Source: Octopus sinensis (lineage: Eukaryota). From it: DNA of 64,000 bases. The DNA lies in assembly GCF_006345805.1 (NCBI RefSeq), contig NC_043005.1:25482001-25546000 (forward strand), given 5' to 3'. Made by a program: the position numbers and the translations under genes. The notes under the pieces were generated by a model. It was not told the origin of the DNA. It saw only the letters and a list, made by a program, of their open reading frames with translations, and did no database searches. Positions 23,441 to 37,779 of the stretch are shown here, piece after piece. The number at the start of each line of letters is the position of its first letter. Position 1 is the stretch's first letter.

Positions 23441-25204
23441 TTCTCACCATATATATATATATATATATATATGGGACAAGAAAAAACTCGGACGGGTCAT
23501 TCGAAGCCTCTAATTTTCAGTCAAGAACCAGATATCCTCGCAATTTCGGCTGATTAATCTTGAGATTGCTCCGATCTGGCCAGCCCCAAGGAAAAACTAA
23601 GCTACGAGCATTAGATTTCTTTGAAAAGGGATCGAATGTATACGAAACAAGGACAAAAAAACGGACGATGTTACACGAATATAAATACAAAAAAGAAAAA
23701 ATAATACGAATATAAATACAAAAAACAATAATAATAATAACAGGACAAAACAACAGGCGACTTTCGACTTTAGACGATTGAACTTAACTGGAGTATTTGT
23801 AAAAATAATGCCTTACGGCAGACGAAGAATACGATGTTATGTATATATAGGATTTTAATGTATTTAATATATTTGATGGATCTAATTTGTTTATCCGCAT
23901 AATTGCCTATGTATATGTGTGTGTGTGTGTTTCAACATGAAATGGCCGCTATAGCCAGCTGTTTCTTGGGTATCTGTAAGATGTAGGTGAGGGGGGTGAA
24001 TGTGCTTTTGTATTTACCCAAATTCTAATTAATCGCTCAAGTGTGCCACTGTGTTTTTGTCTATCCATCTCTTACAAAAGTGTCTTATCTTTTTATGACT
24101 TTCTATTATGATAATATTTTTATAAAAGCAAGAAAAGTACCAGCTCAGTGTTTACTTATAGCAGAATTTTTTTCTTTTTTATTATTCATATATACTTGTT
24201 TTATGCGTGATTAACTACACGTAGAGTCATTACCTATATATAAAAAATGGTTTGTATCCATTGTGCGAAAACCGTCATGCGACCAGCTTCAGGCAAGTAA
24301 CGGAAGGCATCATAATCGAGTTTATTGAGCGCACTTATTTTTGAAAAACCACCTGACGAGACACATCTATACCAAAGGATGGAACACAACCAGTCGTCCA
24401 GAATCTCACGCGTAAGAGATGCGCAATGGGTCGAAACGATCATGGTAATTAATAAAGAATCAGGTGAAGTCCATCTTCACTGTCACTGATTTGTTACAAA
24501 TACACACACATACACATACATACATACACGGTGGCTGCCGCCTCATTATCGAGTATGGCCATTACACGAAGCTTAATCAATGTTGTTATAGTGCAATGCC
24601 TGTGCAAGACGATTTTTTTTAAAGTGAGCAAAGGCTGTGCACTGAGTCAATCCCACTCACTAAGCAACAGCAGCCATGATCCAAAAAGAAGAACAAGTCA
24701 ACATCATCGGTAACCAGTGAGCCGCATGTTTTATGCCGGAGTTATCCCAGTTACCTGAGTTACCTTCTCCTAGAAGGATGCCCTAACAAAGGTTAGGAGT
24801 CCTTCACTCCCTATGCTTTAACCGCGCGATCGGGTATTCAGTCTGATTATTTCTATGTCCCCGCGCATGATAAAGCCTTAAGACATTTATTGGATGGCTG
24901 TTGACTCTCAAGAGTTCCTCCGGATTTGTTTTTCATCCCGCAGGGTGTCCAATAAACACCCTTCTCACCAAGTTAGCTTGGTGGGTTTGCCGGTTCAGTC
25001 GTACATACACATACATACATACAAACGCACATGCATACATATATACACACATACACACCCACATACATACACATGCACATACACACACACACGCACATAA
25101 ACACACACACATACACACCATACACACACAAACGCACACACATACATACACACTCACACACACATACGCACGCGCATGCCCCCCACCACAACCACCACAC
25201 GTGT

Positions 25205-25470
25205 TATTTTTTTACTTGTTTCAGTTATTTTAGTCACTGAACAGGGGCCATGTTGGGGCTAACCCTGAAGAATCTTAGTCGACCGACTCAACCCCAGAAC
25301 TTTTGATTGTAAGTCTGGTACATATTCTATCGGGCCCTTTTGCCGAACCATTAGCTTACCGAGAAATTAAACGCACCGATACCAGTTGTGAAACGGTAAT
25401 GGAGGACAGAGAGACTGAAACACACACCACACACACGGATATATGTGAATCTGACGGAATCAGGCGAAGT
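25205..25470 (-). mobile_element. SINE family B, partial
   Basis: Tail ttttacttgtttcagt plus internal modules. Confidence 0.7.
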
Positions 25471-25589
25471 GTATGTTTGTATATACACACATACATACTC
25501 ATACACATTCATTTGGCTTACTTCTCTCAGACTGAACAAAGCTTCCGAAAAGTCACTGTGAAACTCTTCCATTTTATACATATACATTT

Positions 25590-25642
25590 ATACGTATGCA
25601 TATATGTATATATATATATGCATATACGTACATATATATTAT

Positions 25643-25687
<45 letters not shown>

Positions 25688-25708
25688 ATATATATATATA
25701 TTTATATT

Positions 25709-25755
<47 letters not shown>

Positions 25756-25815
25756 GTGCGTGTGTGTGTGTGTGCGTGTGTGTGTGTGTGCGTGTGTGTG
25801 TATGTATGTATATAA
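25590..25815. repeat. (TA)n/(TG)n microsatellites
   Basis: Directly visible. Confidence 0.97.
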
Positions 25816-25850
25816 AAATATACTTGTATATATGTAATACATAAATAAAC

Positions 25851-25856
25851 AAGGGC

Positions 25857-25929
<73 letters not shown>

Positions 25930-26297
25930 AAATCTCCGTCAAGGCAACAGCAACGTCCTCTCAACAATTAGCCCGAGATGATTTTTAAAATGTGAACATC
26001 TGAAATAAACTCGACTACCCTCACAAACGAGAATACTAAAAACGAACCCGACCGCTCTCGAAAGTTAAGTAAAAAAATACTGGTAAAATAATCCAGAATC
26101 CTTGTCCGGTACGGGATCGATCCAAAAATCTAACCAGTTTGTGCCTGCCACATGGCAAAACATCTCTGGAAGTTTCAACCGAATCCATCCGTCGATTTTT
26201 GAGATAACTTTTCCACGGACAAACGAGCAAACAAGCAATAAAAAAAAGCATCCAAACGGGACTGGAAACAATAACTCCGCCTTCGCTAAGGCGGAGG

Positions 26298-26300
<3 letters not shown>
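25851..26300 (-). mobile_element. Helentron-associated non-autonomous element (HINE/DINE-1-like) with expanded (TC)n near the 3' end
   Basis: 5' cctccgcc...ggcggag hairpin, 3' ccttgacggagatttgc(tc)n agtgccc, internal atgaaactt and gatcgatcc...ccgga motifs. Homologous to 50545-50907. Confidence 0.75.
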
Positions 26301-26372
<72 letters not shown>

Positions 26373-26462
26373 GCGTGTGTGGTGTGTGTGTATTTATATG
26401 TATATATATATATATATATATGCGTGTGAGTGTGTGTGTATTTATATATAGATATGTATGTA

Positions 26463-26529
<67 letters not shown>

Positions 26530-27607
26530 ACGGGAAGCTTTATGAAAATAAACAAAAGACGAAGGCAGGTGGAAACAAACGAATATATGGAGATAGATAA
26601 ATTAATATACATAAATAGATATAGATATATATATATACATAAACGTTGAACAATTTGAATGAGTGCTCAACATTACATTGGTGGATAAAAATGTATTTAC
26701 ATATATATGTATATTTACGTACGCGTATGCAGTATGAGGATGAGGAAGAGAGGGAGAGGGAGAGTGAAAGAGAGAGAGAAGGGGCGTGAAAGAGAGAATA
26801 AGAGAGAGTGTGACAGAGAGAGGATATTTGTAGAAAGAAAATTACGTATACATAAATTCAAAACTTGTGTTAGTGGTTGTATTGTAAAAGAGAGAAAAAA
26901 GAAAGAAGCGTAACAAGCAGAGATAGATAGATAGATAGATATAGAGAGAGAGAGATAGAGAAAGGGAGAGAGAGAGACGCTGAAGCGAAAGACAGTGTTT
27001 TTGTGTGAGAATTTAAACAATAATGAATACGTTGGTTTATAAATGAGTAACAGTTACATATGCAGTGTTATAGTTATTAATCTGAACACGAATGTGACTT
27101 GGAAAATATTGACAGGAAACATTATTTAACATTTTAGATTCTAGAATTTGACAGAAAATAAAATTTTCATAACAACATTTAACTAAACTCTTTAGTATTT
27201 TAATATCCACAATAATAACTAAAGAACGACTGCCTCCAGCACAGATAAATAATACTACCATATTGATAAATCGCACCTAGAATGCTGCGAAATACAAAGT
27301 CGATGTCGCTAGATTTTTGCAGGCCAGCAAACAATTCATCGCTTTATTTGTGACAATGGATTTTGACGAAGGCTATAAGGACAACAATTTTGAGCAGAGA
27401 TTAGTCGATGCTAGTATTTGACCAGTGTTTTTTGTTTGTGGATCTGGAAAGGATGAAAGGTAAAGTTGGCCTCGTTGAGAGGTGAAATCAGAATGGAAAA
27501 AGCTAGGAAAATGTTGTAAAGAATAATTTCGCCATTGCTCAAACGATTCTGATAGGTTAGTGCCTTTCCAATCTACAAAACTGATAATAATATTGATACT
27601 ACTGATG

Positions 27608-27646
27608 GTAGTGGTGGTGGTGGTGGTGGTGGTGGCAGTAGGAGTG

Positions 27647-27725
<79 letters not shown>

Positions 27726-27736
27726 CAGCAGCAATT

Positions 27737-27772
<36 letters not shown>

Positions 27773-27773
27773 A
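27608..27773. repeat. (GGT)n(TTA)n(GTA)n triplet microsatellites
   Basis: Directly visible. Confidence 0.97.
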
Positions 27774-28447
27774 GATAAGGAATAGGAGGAGAAGCGAAAA
27801 CAGTATGTTAGCCAGTTAGTGAGTAAGGGAAAAAATATAATCGAACAAAATATTTACCATTTTGAAAGAATTTCTCACCTTTTTGGGTCATTAGCAATCC
27901 AGCAGATCACGTGATGTTCAAGAAAAACGCTTACTAATGGCACAATCTTTTTCAACACTTAATTAAATAAAATCGAAAATAAAGGAAAGAAAATACTGAA
28001 CATTATGCAGAATAGAAATATAAGTAACAGTTCATTCCTACAAAAAAGAAAATAACTCAAAAATTGAAATGATGAAAAAAGAAAAAGAATTGTAAAATTT
28101 AAGAAAAGAAAGAACATGGATAAAAACGCAACCTTACCTACAATTTTAAAATGGCGAAATACGCATTAAAATGGAATTGTAAGATAATGAGGGGTGTTTG
28201 TTGATCGGTTGGATTCCTTCCCGCTTATTTTGTATCGGCGATGCAGTATGAGCATTAAGCAATGTATCGTCTAAAGATGTGTTATTATTATTATATGCTG
28301 GACAATACTATGAACATATTGATACTCCGGCATATAGAAAATATAAAACGCAATAGAAACACAGTGCTATTGCCTTTGTCATCATTGGTTGCTTGGTTAC
28401 GTTTTAAATTGTAAATCTTGAAGTGTCAGAAACAATTCCTGATACCT

Positions 28448-28677
28448 ATTTCTTTATTACCTACAAGGGGCTAAACACAGAGGGGACAAACAAGGACAGA
28501 CATAGGTATTAATTCGATTACATCGACCCAAGTGCGTAACTGGCACTTAATTTATCGACCCCGAAAGGATGAAAGGCAAAGTCGACCTCGGCGGAATTTG
28601 AACTCACAACGTAACGCAGACGAAATACCGCTAAGCATTTCGCCCGGCGGGCTAACGTTTCTGCCAGCTCGCCGCCG
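28448..28677 (-). mobile_element. SINE family A, full length
   Basis: Close match from head ggcggcgagctggcagaaacgttagc to tail ccccttgtaggtaataaagaaata. Confidence 0.88.
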
Positions 28678-31600
28678 AAATTCCTGATACCGTGGTTAAT
28701 GTACCTCATTGAACTTTTTGCCTGCTGGTAAGACAGTGCCTGTGGAACTTTGCAAGGCGTCTCAGACAGATAGGTTCGGGGGGAATAAGGAATCCTGAAA
28801 TTGGAGACCTGATCTGAAGGCTGATAACTGAGTAGGCTCCGCTAAAGTCACCTAGTGTCACAGGTGGTAGCGTTTAGTGTTACACTTTGCAGCGGATTAA
28901 ATCTGCAACCCAAATAGGGCGAGACAGGATTTGGACTTTGTGTGCAAAGAACCATGAAACTAGGAAAAAACATCCTATTCTACGTTTTACATTTCCACTA
29001 ATCCATCATATTGGATTGCCATTTCTTTATTAACCCTGCAGTTAGCTTTGTTAACTTTGGCGGGATTTGAACTGGGTTTGCTCGATCTCGGAAGTCATGT
29101 TGCAAGGCATCCTCTTTAATGCTTTTCAATTTTATAAATCAACTATCGCTTAAAATGACTACCTGTATTCGTATATAAGTTATTTGGACCCCGTGTACAC
29201 ATCTCAGCAGTATTCAGCTCTCAACTGAACAGAACAAACTACGAGGCTATGAGTTAGACTAAAAGCGAATTCTGAATTACAGTAAACGAAGTATAATAGA
29301 AACAACTGAAACACATAATTACATAGCAACATAGTTTCTGTAGGATATTGGTGAATATAATTATTACTATCGCTGGCAATTTGTCAGTAACTACTAGAAA
29401 CATTTATTGGCGGCTATAATGGTTAATATTGCTGTTTGTTTTTGTTGGTTAACCCCTAAGACCACTCTAACGCAAACAGCTTCATTATCATTCAGTCATA
29501 TTTTCTGTCATCAAGTATCGATGACTATATTATTCAATATGTCCTTTAAACAGTTTCGTCACGTGGTATCATTACTTGATCTCACACGAACATATGATTG
29601 GAGGAAGATTTGTCCGGTATTTCTGTCAAATGGAACGATCGCATAAGAGTACCGATTCGGTGTGAAAGATTATAATATTCACTATTTCACTTAATCCGTT
29701 AGCATTAAAATTTAGGTAAATATTTCTCCGATTTATATAAATGGATAAGAATGAACTATACAAAGAATGGAACAAAGCTGTTTTGTAGGTCGTACTTTAA
29801 CAGAGTTGAAAGGTCCTGAAATTTAGTTAAATAAGAAAATGACAGATTGACCTGATTGACTTTGCCAGAGTTATATTACGGGTATAAGTAGACTGGCTGC
29901 CATCAAGAATGGAAACTCTTCCTGGTAAATACCATAGCCTTATTGTACTATGTGATTTTAATTATGAATACGAAGTAGTCGGTGTCTATCACAAAGAGGT
30001 TGTTGATCAACTGCTTCAGTCAAATTTCAAAATATTAAATTCCACACTAATCAACTTTACATTTCATCCTTCTATGTTTAACAGAATAATGTATCCGTCA
30101 AGTGTGTCTATCTAACGAATCAATAATAATGATTTCATACATTGACCCACGGGCACGCTTCCTTTGATCAGAGAGGAAAATGAGTGGATCGATCTAATAT
30201 CTGTCATTGTCTTACTTTTATTTGTTTCAGTCGTTGGACCGCAGCCATGCTGGAGCTTCATTGAAGGGGTTTGTCGAACAAATGGACCCTTTTTTAAAAG
30301 TCTAGTACTTTTAAAAAGCTCTTTTGAGCTTTTAACTACACAGCTAGTAATTTGGCCTCGAGGAATTGCAACTAAAGTTATCGTCAGTGAGGTTCGAACT
30401 AACACGCTCAATTGGCGTAGGAAACGTGTTTATACAAGAACTCCTCCACTTTGGTAATGCAAAATTCTTCTCCATAAACAGTAGAGAACTCATAACAAAA
30501 GTAAAAAAAAATAATAAAGAAAGTCTTGTGAGCTGCCTGGTGATTTCAGTGGTGCTGGTATCACGAAGGGAGCACCCGATACACTCTCTATGGACAACAT
30601 TAGGAAGCAATTCTACCGTAGAAGCCATACCAAAGCAGACAGGAGAACGATGCAATTCTCGGACCCGTCGGCTTCTGTCAAAACGTTCAACCCCTGCCTA
30701 CATGAAACATGGATTTTAAAAAATGATGAGAAGGAGAGGGAAGTTACTCATCTCGTGTTAGACTTGACAATAGTTTGCTTTGTTCCATTTATGGAATGCA
30801 TCCAAGCTGATCCTATCGGTTTTGATTCCTCTTCAAGATAATGGCCTTGACATTAACTCACATCTGCTGACGGATAATAAGAAAAGTAAAAAAAAAAATA
30901 TATTCGGTAGGGAACCGAAAGCTAAATCCCCGTTTTAACAGATCATAAACACTTGTAGACACTCACGTGCACATAAAATAGAAAAGTGCAAAGTAACTGC
31001 ATAGAATATCCACAATATGAAAGTAGACAACAGAAGAGATAGATAGCTGCGTTGTGTTATTTATTCTATATATATATATTTCCTGGAAAATGTATGTCAT
31101 TAAAAGTTGTCTACGAAAAAAGAAAAAAAAATTGAGAGAAAACAATCAAGCTATTTTCTCATTCGATATATTTCTCTTTATTGCTAATATTTTCTTTCAT
31201 TTCTAGTTATTTCGAAAATTATTTTATCGATCTATAAAATATATCTTTATGAAAAAAATAAAGAAATCAGCAAAATAGAATAATATCGTTTTGGTAGAAA
31301 AATGTCTGACAGTATATAGACACATTCTTAGTTTGGTTTTCTGTGAGACAGAGCAAATACGTGTATCTTTATGCAAGAAATAGTAGTTAAACTCCCTCAC
31401 AACATCCGGCTGTCTTTAAAAGATGGGAAGATATACTGAATAATATAGTCTTAGATGCACTGCGATCGAAGGAAAGATTCGTTGATGACAGTTAAAATAT
31501 CTTTGATCAAACGTCTCCTCTACAAGTTCTTTTAAGAATATGAGGTGTGCGAGCGACGACAAACCGCTCCTTGTATATCAGTCTCTGAAGTTGTTACTGG

Positions 31601-32789
31601 CTTAGCACATGGTTACGACATCTCGAAAAAGCTACGTTCCTCATAAGATTGGATTTAATAGAAGATAAATTTTCCGATCAAAGGAACCTCTACCCTTCAT
31701 AAGAAAGGAATGCGACCTGTTATCAGATAATCACCAGGATGAGGAACAATGGTCGGATACAAATATATCATCTAAATGATGTCGGCATTAGCTAATGTTT
31801 TCCGATCTTTGAGCCATAATTTTCACTAAATCTAGTAAAGTTTGCCATTCTGACTGTCGCTATACTCAAACTCCTATTTACACTCAGATCCATAATCTGT
31901 ACTAAACCACATTACAGGAGGGATAACGTTGAAGGACGACTGGCTTAAGTCCCATAAACTTGCCTATACTCTTATTAAAATCTAATGTCTGTACAGATAT
32001 CCTCGATCTCCAGTGGACCCGGGATCATGACAGTGAAGTTGCCCTAGTACGCCAACAAAAGAAAACAAACTGCTCCTCTGTGTGCCATCTCCACTAGGCT
32101 GTTCCTCAGTTTAACCAACTTACACAGAAATTGCTAATTGTAGAGATATGCATATGCCATGAGAGAAAGAATCCTTTACAGACGAACTGGGTATCCCAAA
32201 TAGTTCCATAGTTCCATGATGTAGTCTTTATTCTGATCATCAAACAAATAAAGCAGTAGGATCTAGTAATAAGATCCAGGATCGACGGACGCCAGACTCG
32301 TTTAGGCAGCCGTCATCTTGCAATAGGTAACGATATGAAAAACTATTCTTAAAGACAGATCACAACGTATTATTCATTACATAAGGGTCAAGTTGATCTC
32401 AGTAGATGCCAGAATCCCAGTTTCCAGAGACTCTATCGACATTAACAAGGACAGCACGCAACGCTTTTTTAATTCTACGTTTAGCATAGTTGATTCTGAG
32501 ACGAACATGAGGATGAGGATGATAATGATGATGATGAGGTTGATGACGATGGCGGCGAGGACGAGGATGATGACGGCGACGATGATGATAAATTGCAATA
32601 TAGTAAGATCAAACCAGAGAGCTGAAGAAACTGGAAGACTTAGATAACGATTATTCTTTAGGTAACTGGGGCACTTAGCACAACATCCAAAATGCCGCTT
32701 AAAAATTTAAGGTGTTGGCATTATGGCTCAAATTGTCGACCCTCAAATAAAATACTATTCCTGTATTCTGCTAGAATCCTGAAAAAGAT

Positions 32790-33314
32790 TCTTGAGTTGT
32801 GAAGAGACGTGTCATCAAACTTCAAGATAACAGTCCCCTAATTAAATGAGCATTTTCTAGCATGGCAACAATACCTGTTGTCATAGATGCCCTAGGAATG
32901 ATAGAAAAAAGGGAATATTGCTACCTAGCTCAGATACCAAGAAATGCCAAAATGAAAAAAAAAAATGAAAAAAAGGTCATCATGTGAACCGCGCATAACC
33001 TACGTAAAATAATCGTCGACGTAATCCCCAAAATACTCTAATCTCTAAGCAGTGTCAAAATGCTTTTAAATGTACCGAACAGCAAACAGCTTTTACTGAC
33101 ATCTTAACACCAGACTATCTATCATCTTATAATCAAATTACTTTTAAAACAAACTTCCAATTTACTTATATTTTGACAGCTATTCTTTTGAACAATACTC
33201 TGTACAAAACCAAAATATATGGCACACTAGTCATGACATCAACATGAACTTCTAACTTGTTGTCTCTTGAGGTCGCTGGGTGAAACTTGTACAAATACAA
33301 TTCAAAAGTCAAAC

Positions 33315-33316
<2 letters not shown>
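32790..33316 (+). mobile_element. Decayed 3' end of R4/Dong-type LINE, followed by (TAA)n
   Basis: Homologous to 40700-41166 (TIPVVIxALGMI and the 3' UTR ttgtctcttgaggtc...aagtcaaacat). Confidence 0.75.
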
Positions 33317-33363
<47 letters not shown>

Positions 33364-33394
33364 TAATAACAACAACAACAACAACAACAACAAC

Positions 33395-33447
<53 letters not shown>

Positions 33448-33462
33448 TAATAGTAATAATTA
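33317..33462. repeat. (TAA)n(CAA)n(TAA)n microsatellite
   Basis: Directly visible. Confidence 0.98.
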
Positions 33463-34290
33463 GTAGACAATCAACGCTACAGTTAGTTGACAATCAAAGC
33501 TACTAAGCAACAAAAAGAAAACAAAAATACTGTGCAAATACAACATCACAGAAAAAAATTTACCTGAGAGAAAAGAAAAGCTAAAGCAAGATATCCTTGC
33601 TAAAACACAAAGGATCCGCCGGTATGAGAAACGCCAATGTTTCTTTGAACAAAACAAACAGTTCAAATCCAACCACAAAAATTTCTACTAAGAACTTGGC
33701 AAAAATAAAATAGACATCACTGCAGCACCAACGGCAGGAGAAGTGGAAGAATTCTGGAAAGAAATATGGTCGGCGAATGAACAACCTCAGAAAAGGAGTA
33801 TTAAAACAACAAACTTAGCACCTGAGCAACTCTGGATCCCCATAACATCTGAAGCAACCCAGGCAAAGCAAAGACTAAGCAACTGGAAGGCACCTGGGCA
33901 CGACAAGATCTCCAACTTCTGGTTGAAATATCTGACAGGAATGCACAAAAAGCTGGCTGAAAACTTTAGCGACATGCTGGTAGAGCCAGAGACAATGCCT
34001 GCATGGCTCACGAAAGGGAAAAACATCCTAATTCCCAAATCCAATGAGACAGCAAAACCACAAAACTAGAGACCTATAATCCGTCTCCCTACAATGTACA
34101 AAACATTTACTGCAGTAATATCGCAAAGATTGAACGAGCACCTGGACGAAAACAATCTGTTTCAAGAAGAGCAGAAGGGATGCCGCAAAAGCTCATCCAG
34201 CTGTAAAGATCAACTAATGATCAATAAAGCCATAACTGAAGACAGTCACAGAAAGAAGAAAGGCCTCATTATGGCCTGGATCGACTACCG
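33463..34290 (+). pseudogene. Internal fragment of an R4/Dong-type LINE RT (N-terminal half), bracketed by (TAA)n
   Basis: WKAPGHDKISNFWLK, LIPK...RPIxxLPTMYK, EEQKGCRKSSSSCKDQLMINKAI, AWIDYR, then (AAT)n. Confidence 0.85.
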
Positions 34291-34291
34291 A

Positions 34292-34370
<79 letters not shown>

Positions 34371-34411
34371 TAATAATAATAATGATAATAATAGTAATAA
34401 TAATAATAATA

Positions 34412-34826
34412 ACATTGTTTGTTTTGTCTTGGTATAAAAGATGTGCTACAGCAAATAGTCTGCTCAATACCACAGATTTGCTTGTCAGTTGTTTGACCTT
34501 AACCAGTTGAGCATGTCCCTTAGTGGCTGACGATATGTGCATCTCTGATCACGAGCAGAAGTAGTGGGGGAGCATCATAGCCGTGTGTTGAGAGGGATTC
34601 TTGGAGGTTTGAATAATTCACCTCTGGAAACATGGGTGCTTCGTTCAACATCCTTAAACAAGGTCATGTGCTGTTTATCTGGATATGAGATCACTATGTC
34701 GCGCACATAATCGTTGTGATGCATGTGTCTAGTGTGCCCTAATCAGACGGGTAATCATGATGGGCATACTTGGCTTCGTATATTTTACCCCAGTGTCACT
34801 TTGATGGCATGCATACTCTCTCACTC
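34412..34826 (+). mobile_element. Unclassified non-coding (TAA)n-embedded element, copy 1 (5'-truncated, internally deleted)
   Basis: Homologous to 41213-41649, 46640-47141 and 49179-49370. Ends in ctctctcactc|(AAT)n. Confidence 0.8.
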
Positions 34827-34862
34827 AATGATAATAATAATGATGATGATGATAATAATAAC

Positions 34863-34913
<51 letters not shown>

Positions 34914-34936
34914 TATTATTATTATTATTATTATTA

Positions 34937-35002
<66 letters not shown>

Positions 35003-36484
35003 TATTTCCTTACAATGATACACAGCCGTAATTTCATAGAATTAGTGTATAGTCAATATATTGTAACAACTGCATAACTGGTTGTTCTTTCATCGATCTC
35101 GAGTGAGAGGATCCAGGCAGAGTAAAGGCAAGTTATTTCTATTTAATTAAGGAGGTTTTCAGTAGCATATAAACATTTATTATTTAATGACATGGGAACA
35201 TTTCTCGAGAGTGTCTGCTGATTGAAGTGCATAAATGTAAGAAGCTAGTGAATATAATGTACTGAACTGGAATTTATTTTTAACAAGTATCAATTATACT
35301 TGCAATGGGAAGGAAAGTTATTACAAGAAAAGTTATTAACGCTGATTAATTTTCTTCCCATTAAGGATTTATTCTAAAATTATTAATAATTATTTACCGT
35401 CCATTAAGCTAGTTATGTTAGTCCTCGCTTAAATACTTAAATACATAACTACATAACTTCATATATGAACAGACATTGTACAACCAATGCAGTCTTCATG
35501 AAATTTTTCATTTTATTTCCAGAAGTTTCATAGAGATATTATTAAAGTGAAATAACCAAAGTGGGTGCAAAGAAACCCCTGGTAGCATATATATCTTCAA
35601 TCCGTGATTAGTAGTGTATTATAGATCTTTCAATCTATATATTAACGGCAGTTATCTTGCAACAGAACCATTACCAAATCGGTAGATTTCCTGCAATGAA
35701 AGAATCAATTTCTCTTTAAATTTTCAATACTTTGCAAATTGAAAATTTATTGAATATAAATCTACGTGATCACAATCAAAATATTATACATTTCAATGTG
35801 AAATATGGGAGGTTGATCTGCTGCATACTTTCAGCGGCTAATTCTCCATTACTATGTGTTACGTTTCACCCAGCATGACAGAGTCGTTAATGCATCAATG
35901 GCGGAAAAGCTTTACAATAGGCATTTGTATACATAATGACTCTTCATTCCATTTAGCATATATCTTCCCCACCATTACACAATCTGAATCTCTGATTTTC
36001 TGTTTCTATCTCTCTCGCTTCCGTTTTTCTCATCATGTGTGCCTGTGTGTGTATGTCTGTGCTTTTATATATATATATATTACAAATACACACACACTTA
36101 TATATACACACGTACATACATACGTGCACGCTAGTTTTCCTAAAGACTCAGCTGTTATTACATATCATACAAATTCTCACCATTTCCTGATCCTTTATAA
36201 GCTTGCATGAAAATAAAAGATTTGTTGAAAGACGTAGAATATAACCGATTAATGCTGCATAAGTACATCTCACACACTCTTCCTCTCCCCTTCTCTCTCA
36301 CTCACCATCTCTATATCTGTCTGTCTGTCGCTCTCTTTCAACACGCATACACACACATGTATATATATATATATATTATCATCCTTCTATCTATATTTTA
36401 ATTCCATATACCTTGCACGCGTTCTCTCAGTTTCTCTCTACATATATGAATATACGAGGGCATGCATACACTGAGACACGTGTG

Positions 36485-36525
<41 letters not shown>

Positions 36526-36639
36526 TATATCATTATTATGAACAATAATTTGTATAGGCTTTATGAAAAAATACGAACCTTTTAACTTTCCCAGCAGAAA
36601 AGGGTCGAGTTAAAATGCGCACATACACACACCCACACA

Positions 36640-36797
36640 CACGCGTATATACATACATACATACATACATACATACATACATACATACATACATACATAC
36701 ATACATGCATACATACATACAGTCATACATACATACATACATACACACGCACATACATACATACATACACACACACATACATACATACATACATACT
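36640..36797. repeat. (CATA)n microsatellite
   Basis: Directly visible. Confidence 0.97.
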
Positions 36798-36964
36798 CAG
36801 ACTGGGAGTTGCGTTGTGTTCTTCAGTAAAACACTTCATTTCGCGTTGCTCTTCGATCCTTTCGTCATCTGACATGTGGCATACGGTACACCTGTACAAG
36901 TAATGTCAATTACTTATTATGAGGTAATTATAATAATTACTTATTATAATTACTTATTATTGTT

Positions 36965-37180
36965 TAAGGCGGTGAGCTGGCGGAAACGTTAGCATGCCGG
37001 GCGAAATGCTTAGCGGTATTTCATCTGTCTTTATGCTCTGAGTTCAAATTCTACCGAGGTCGACTTTGCCTTCCATCCTTTCGGTGTCGATTAAATAAGT
37101 ACCAGTTACACACTGGGGTTGATATAATCGATTTAATCCGTTTGTCTGTCCTTGTTTCTCCCCTCTATGTTTAGCCACTA
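36965..37180 (+). mobile_element. SINE family A, full length
   Basis: aaggcggtgagctggcggaaacgttagc...gagttcaaattc...gtttgtctgtccttgtttctcccc. Confidence 0.88.
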
Positions 37181-37335
37181 AACTTTTTTCTATTTTCTCA
37201 CCCCGTTTATTTCCGTGCTCCTTTCTGTCGAAGAGCTTAGGCTCGAATGTAGAAGACTTTCTCACTTCCCAGCGTAAAAGATTTGTTGTTTACACACCCG
37301 TCTTCGTCTTTTGTTTTTTTGTGTAAATTCTCACT
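37170..37335 (+). mobile_element. Penelope-like terminal remnant, family 1, with degenerate hammerhead at 37221-37255
   Basis: cttt-CTGTCGA-a-gagc-ttag-gctc-GAATGTA-gaag. Confidence 0.6.
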
Positions 37336-37336
37336 G

Positions 37337-37674
37337 GGTAAAGGGTAAAGACCCCCTTCGGTCATGAATGACCATGGGATTGCACCTAGAAAGTTACCCT
37401 CCTAGACACAAGTCCGGGCAAGGTGGTTTATGGAAGACCAGCAGTCGCCCATGCATACCAGCCTCCCCTCTCCAGGCCACCAGTGTTGTCCAAAGGAAAG
37501 ACAAAGGTCGATACAGCTTGGTACCTGTGACGTCGCAACTCATTTCTACAGCTGAGTGAACTGGAGCAACGTGAAAATAAAGTGCTTTGCTCAAGAACAC
37601 AACACGCAGCCCGGACCGGGATTCGAGCTCACAACCTCACGATCGTAAGCTCGACGCTCTAACCACTGAGCCAT
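37337..37674 (-). mobile_element. tRNA-derived SINE family C, full length
   Basis: The minus strand begins atggctcagtggttagagcgtcgagcttacgatcgtgaggttgtgagctcgaatcccgg (A box and B box), then ttcttgagcaaagcact, and ends ...gtctttaccctttaccc. Confidence 0.8.
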
Positions 37675-37692
37675 CACTATATATATATATAT

Positions 37693-37751
<59 letters not shown>

Positions 37752-37779
37752 ATGTATATATCTATGTATATATTCATAT

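Noticed and set aside
29909-30840. Possible endonuclease/RT remnant (IVLCDFN and nearby ORFs)
   Set aside because: A single weak motif; 30195-30420 is better explained as a degenerate SINE on the minus strand.
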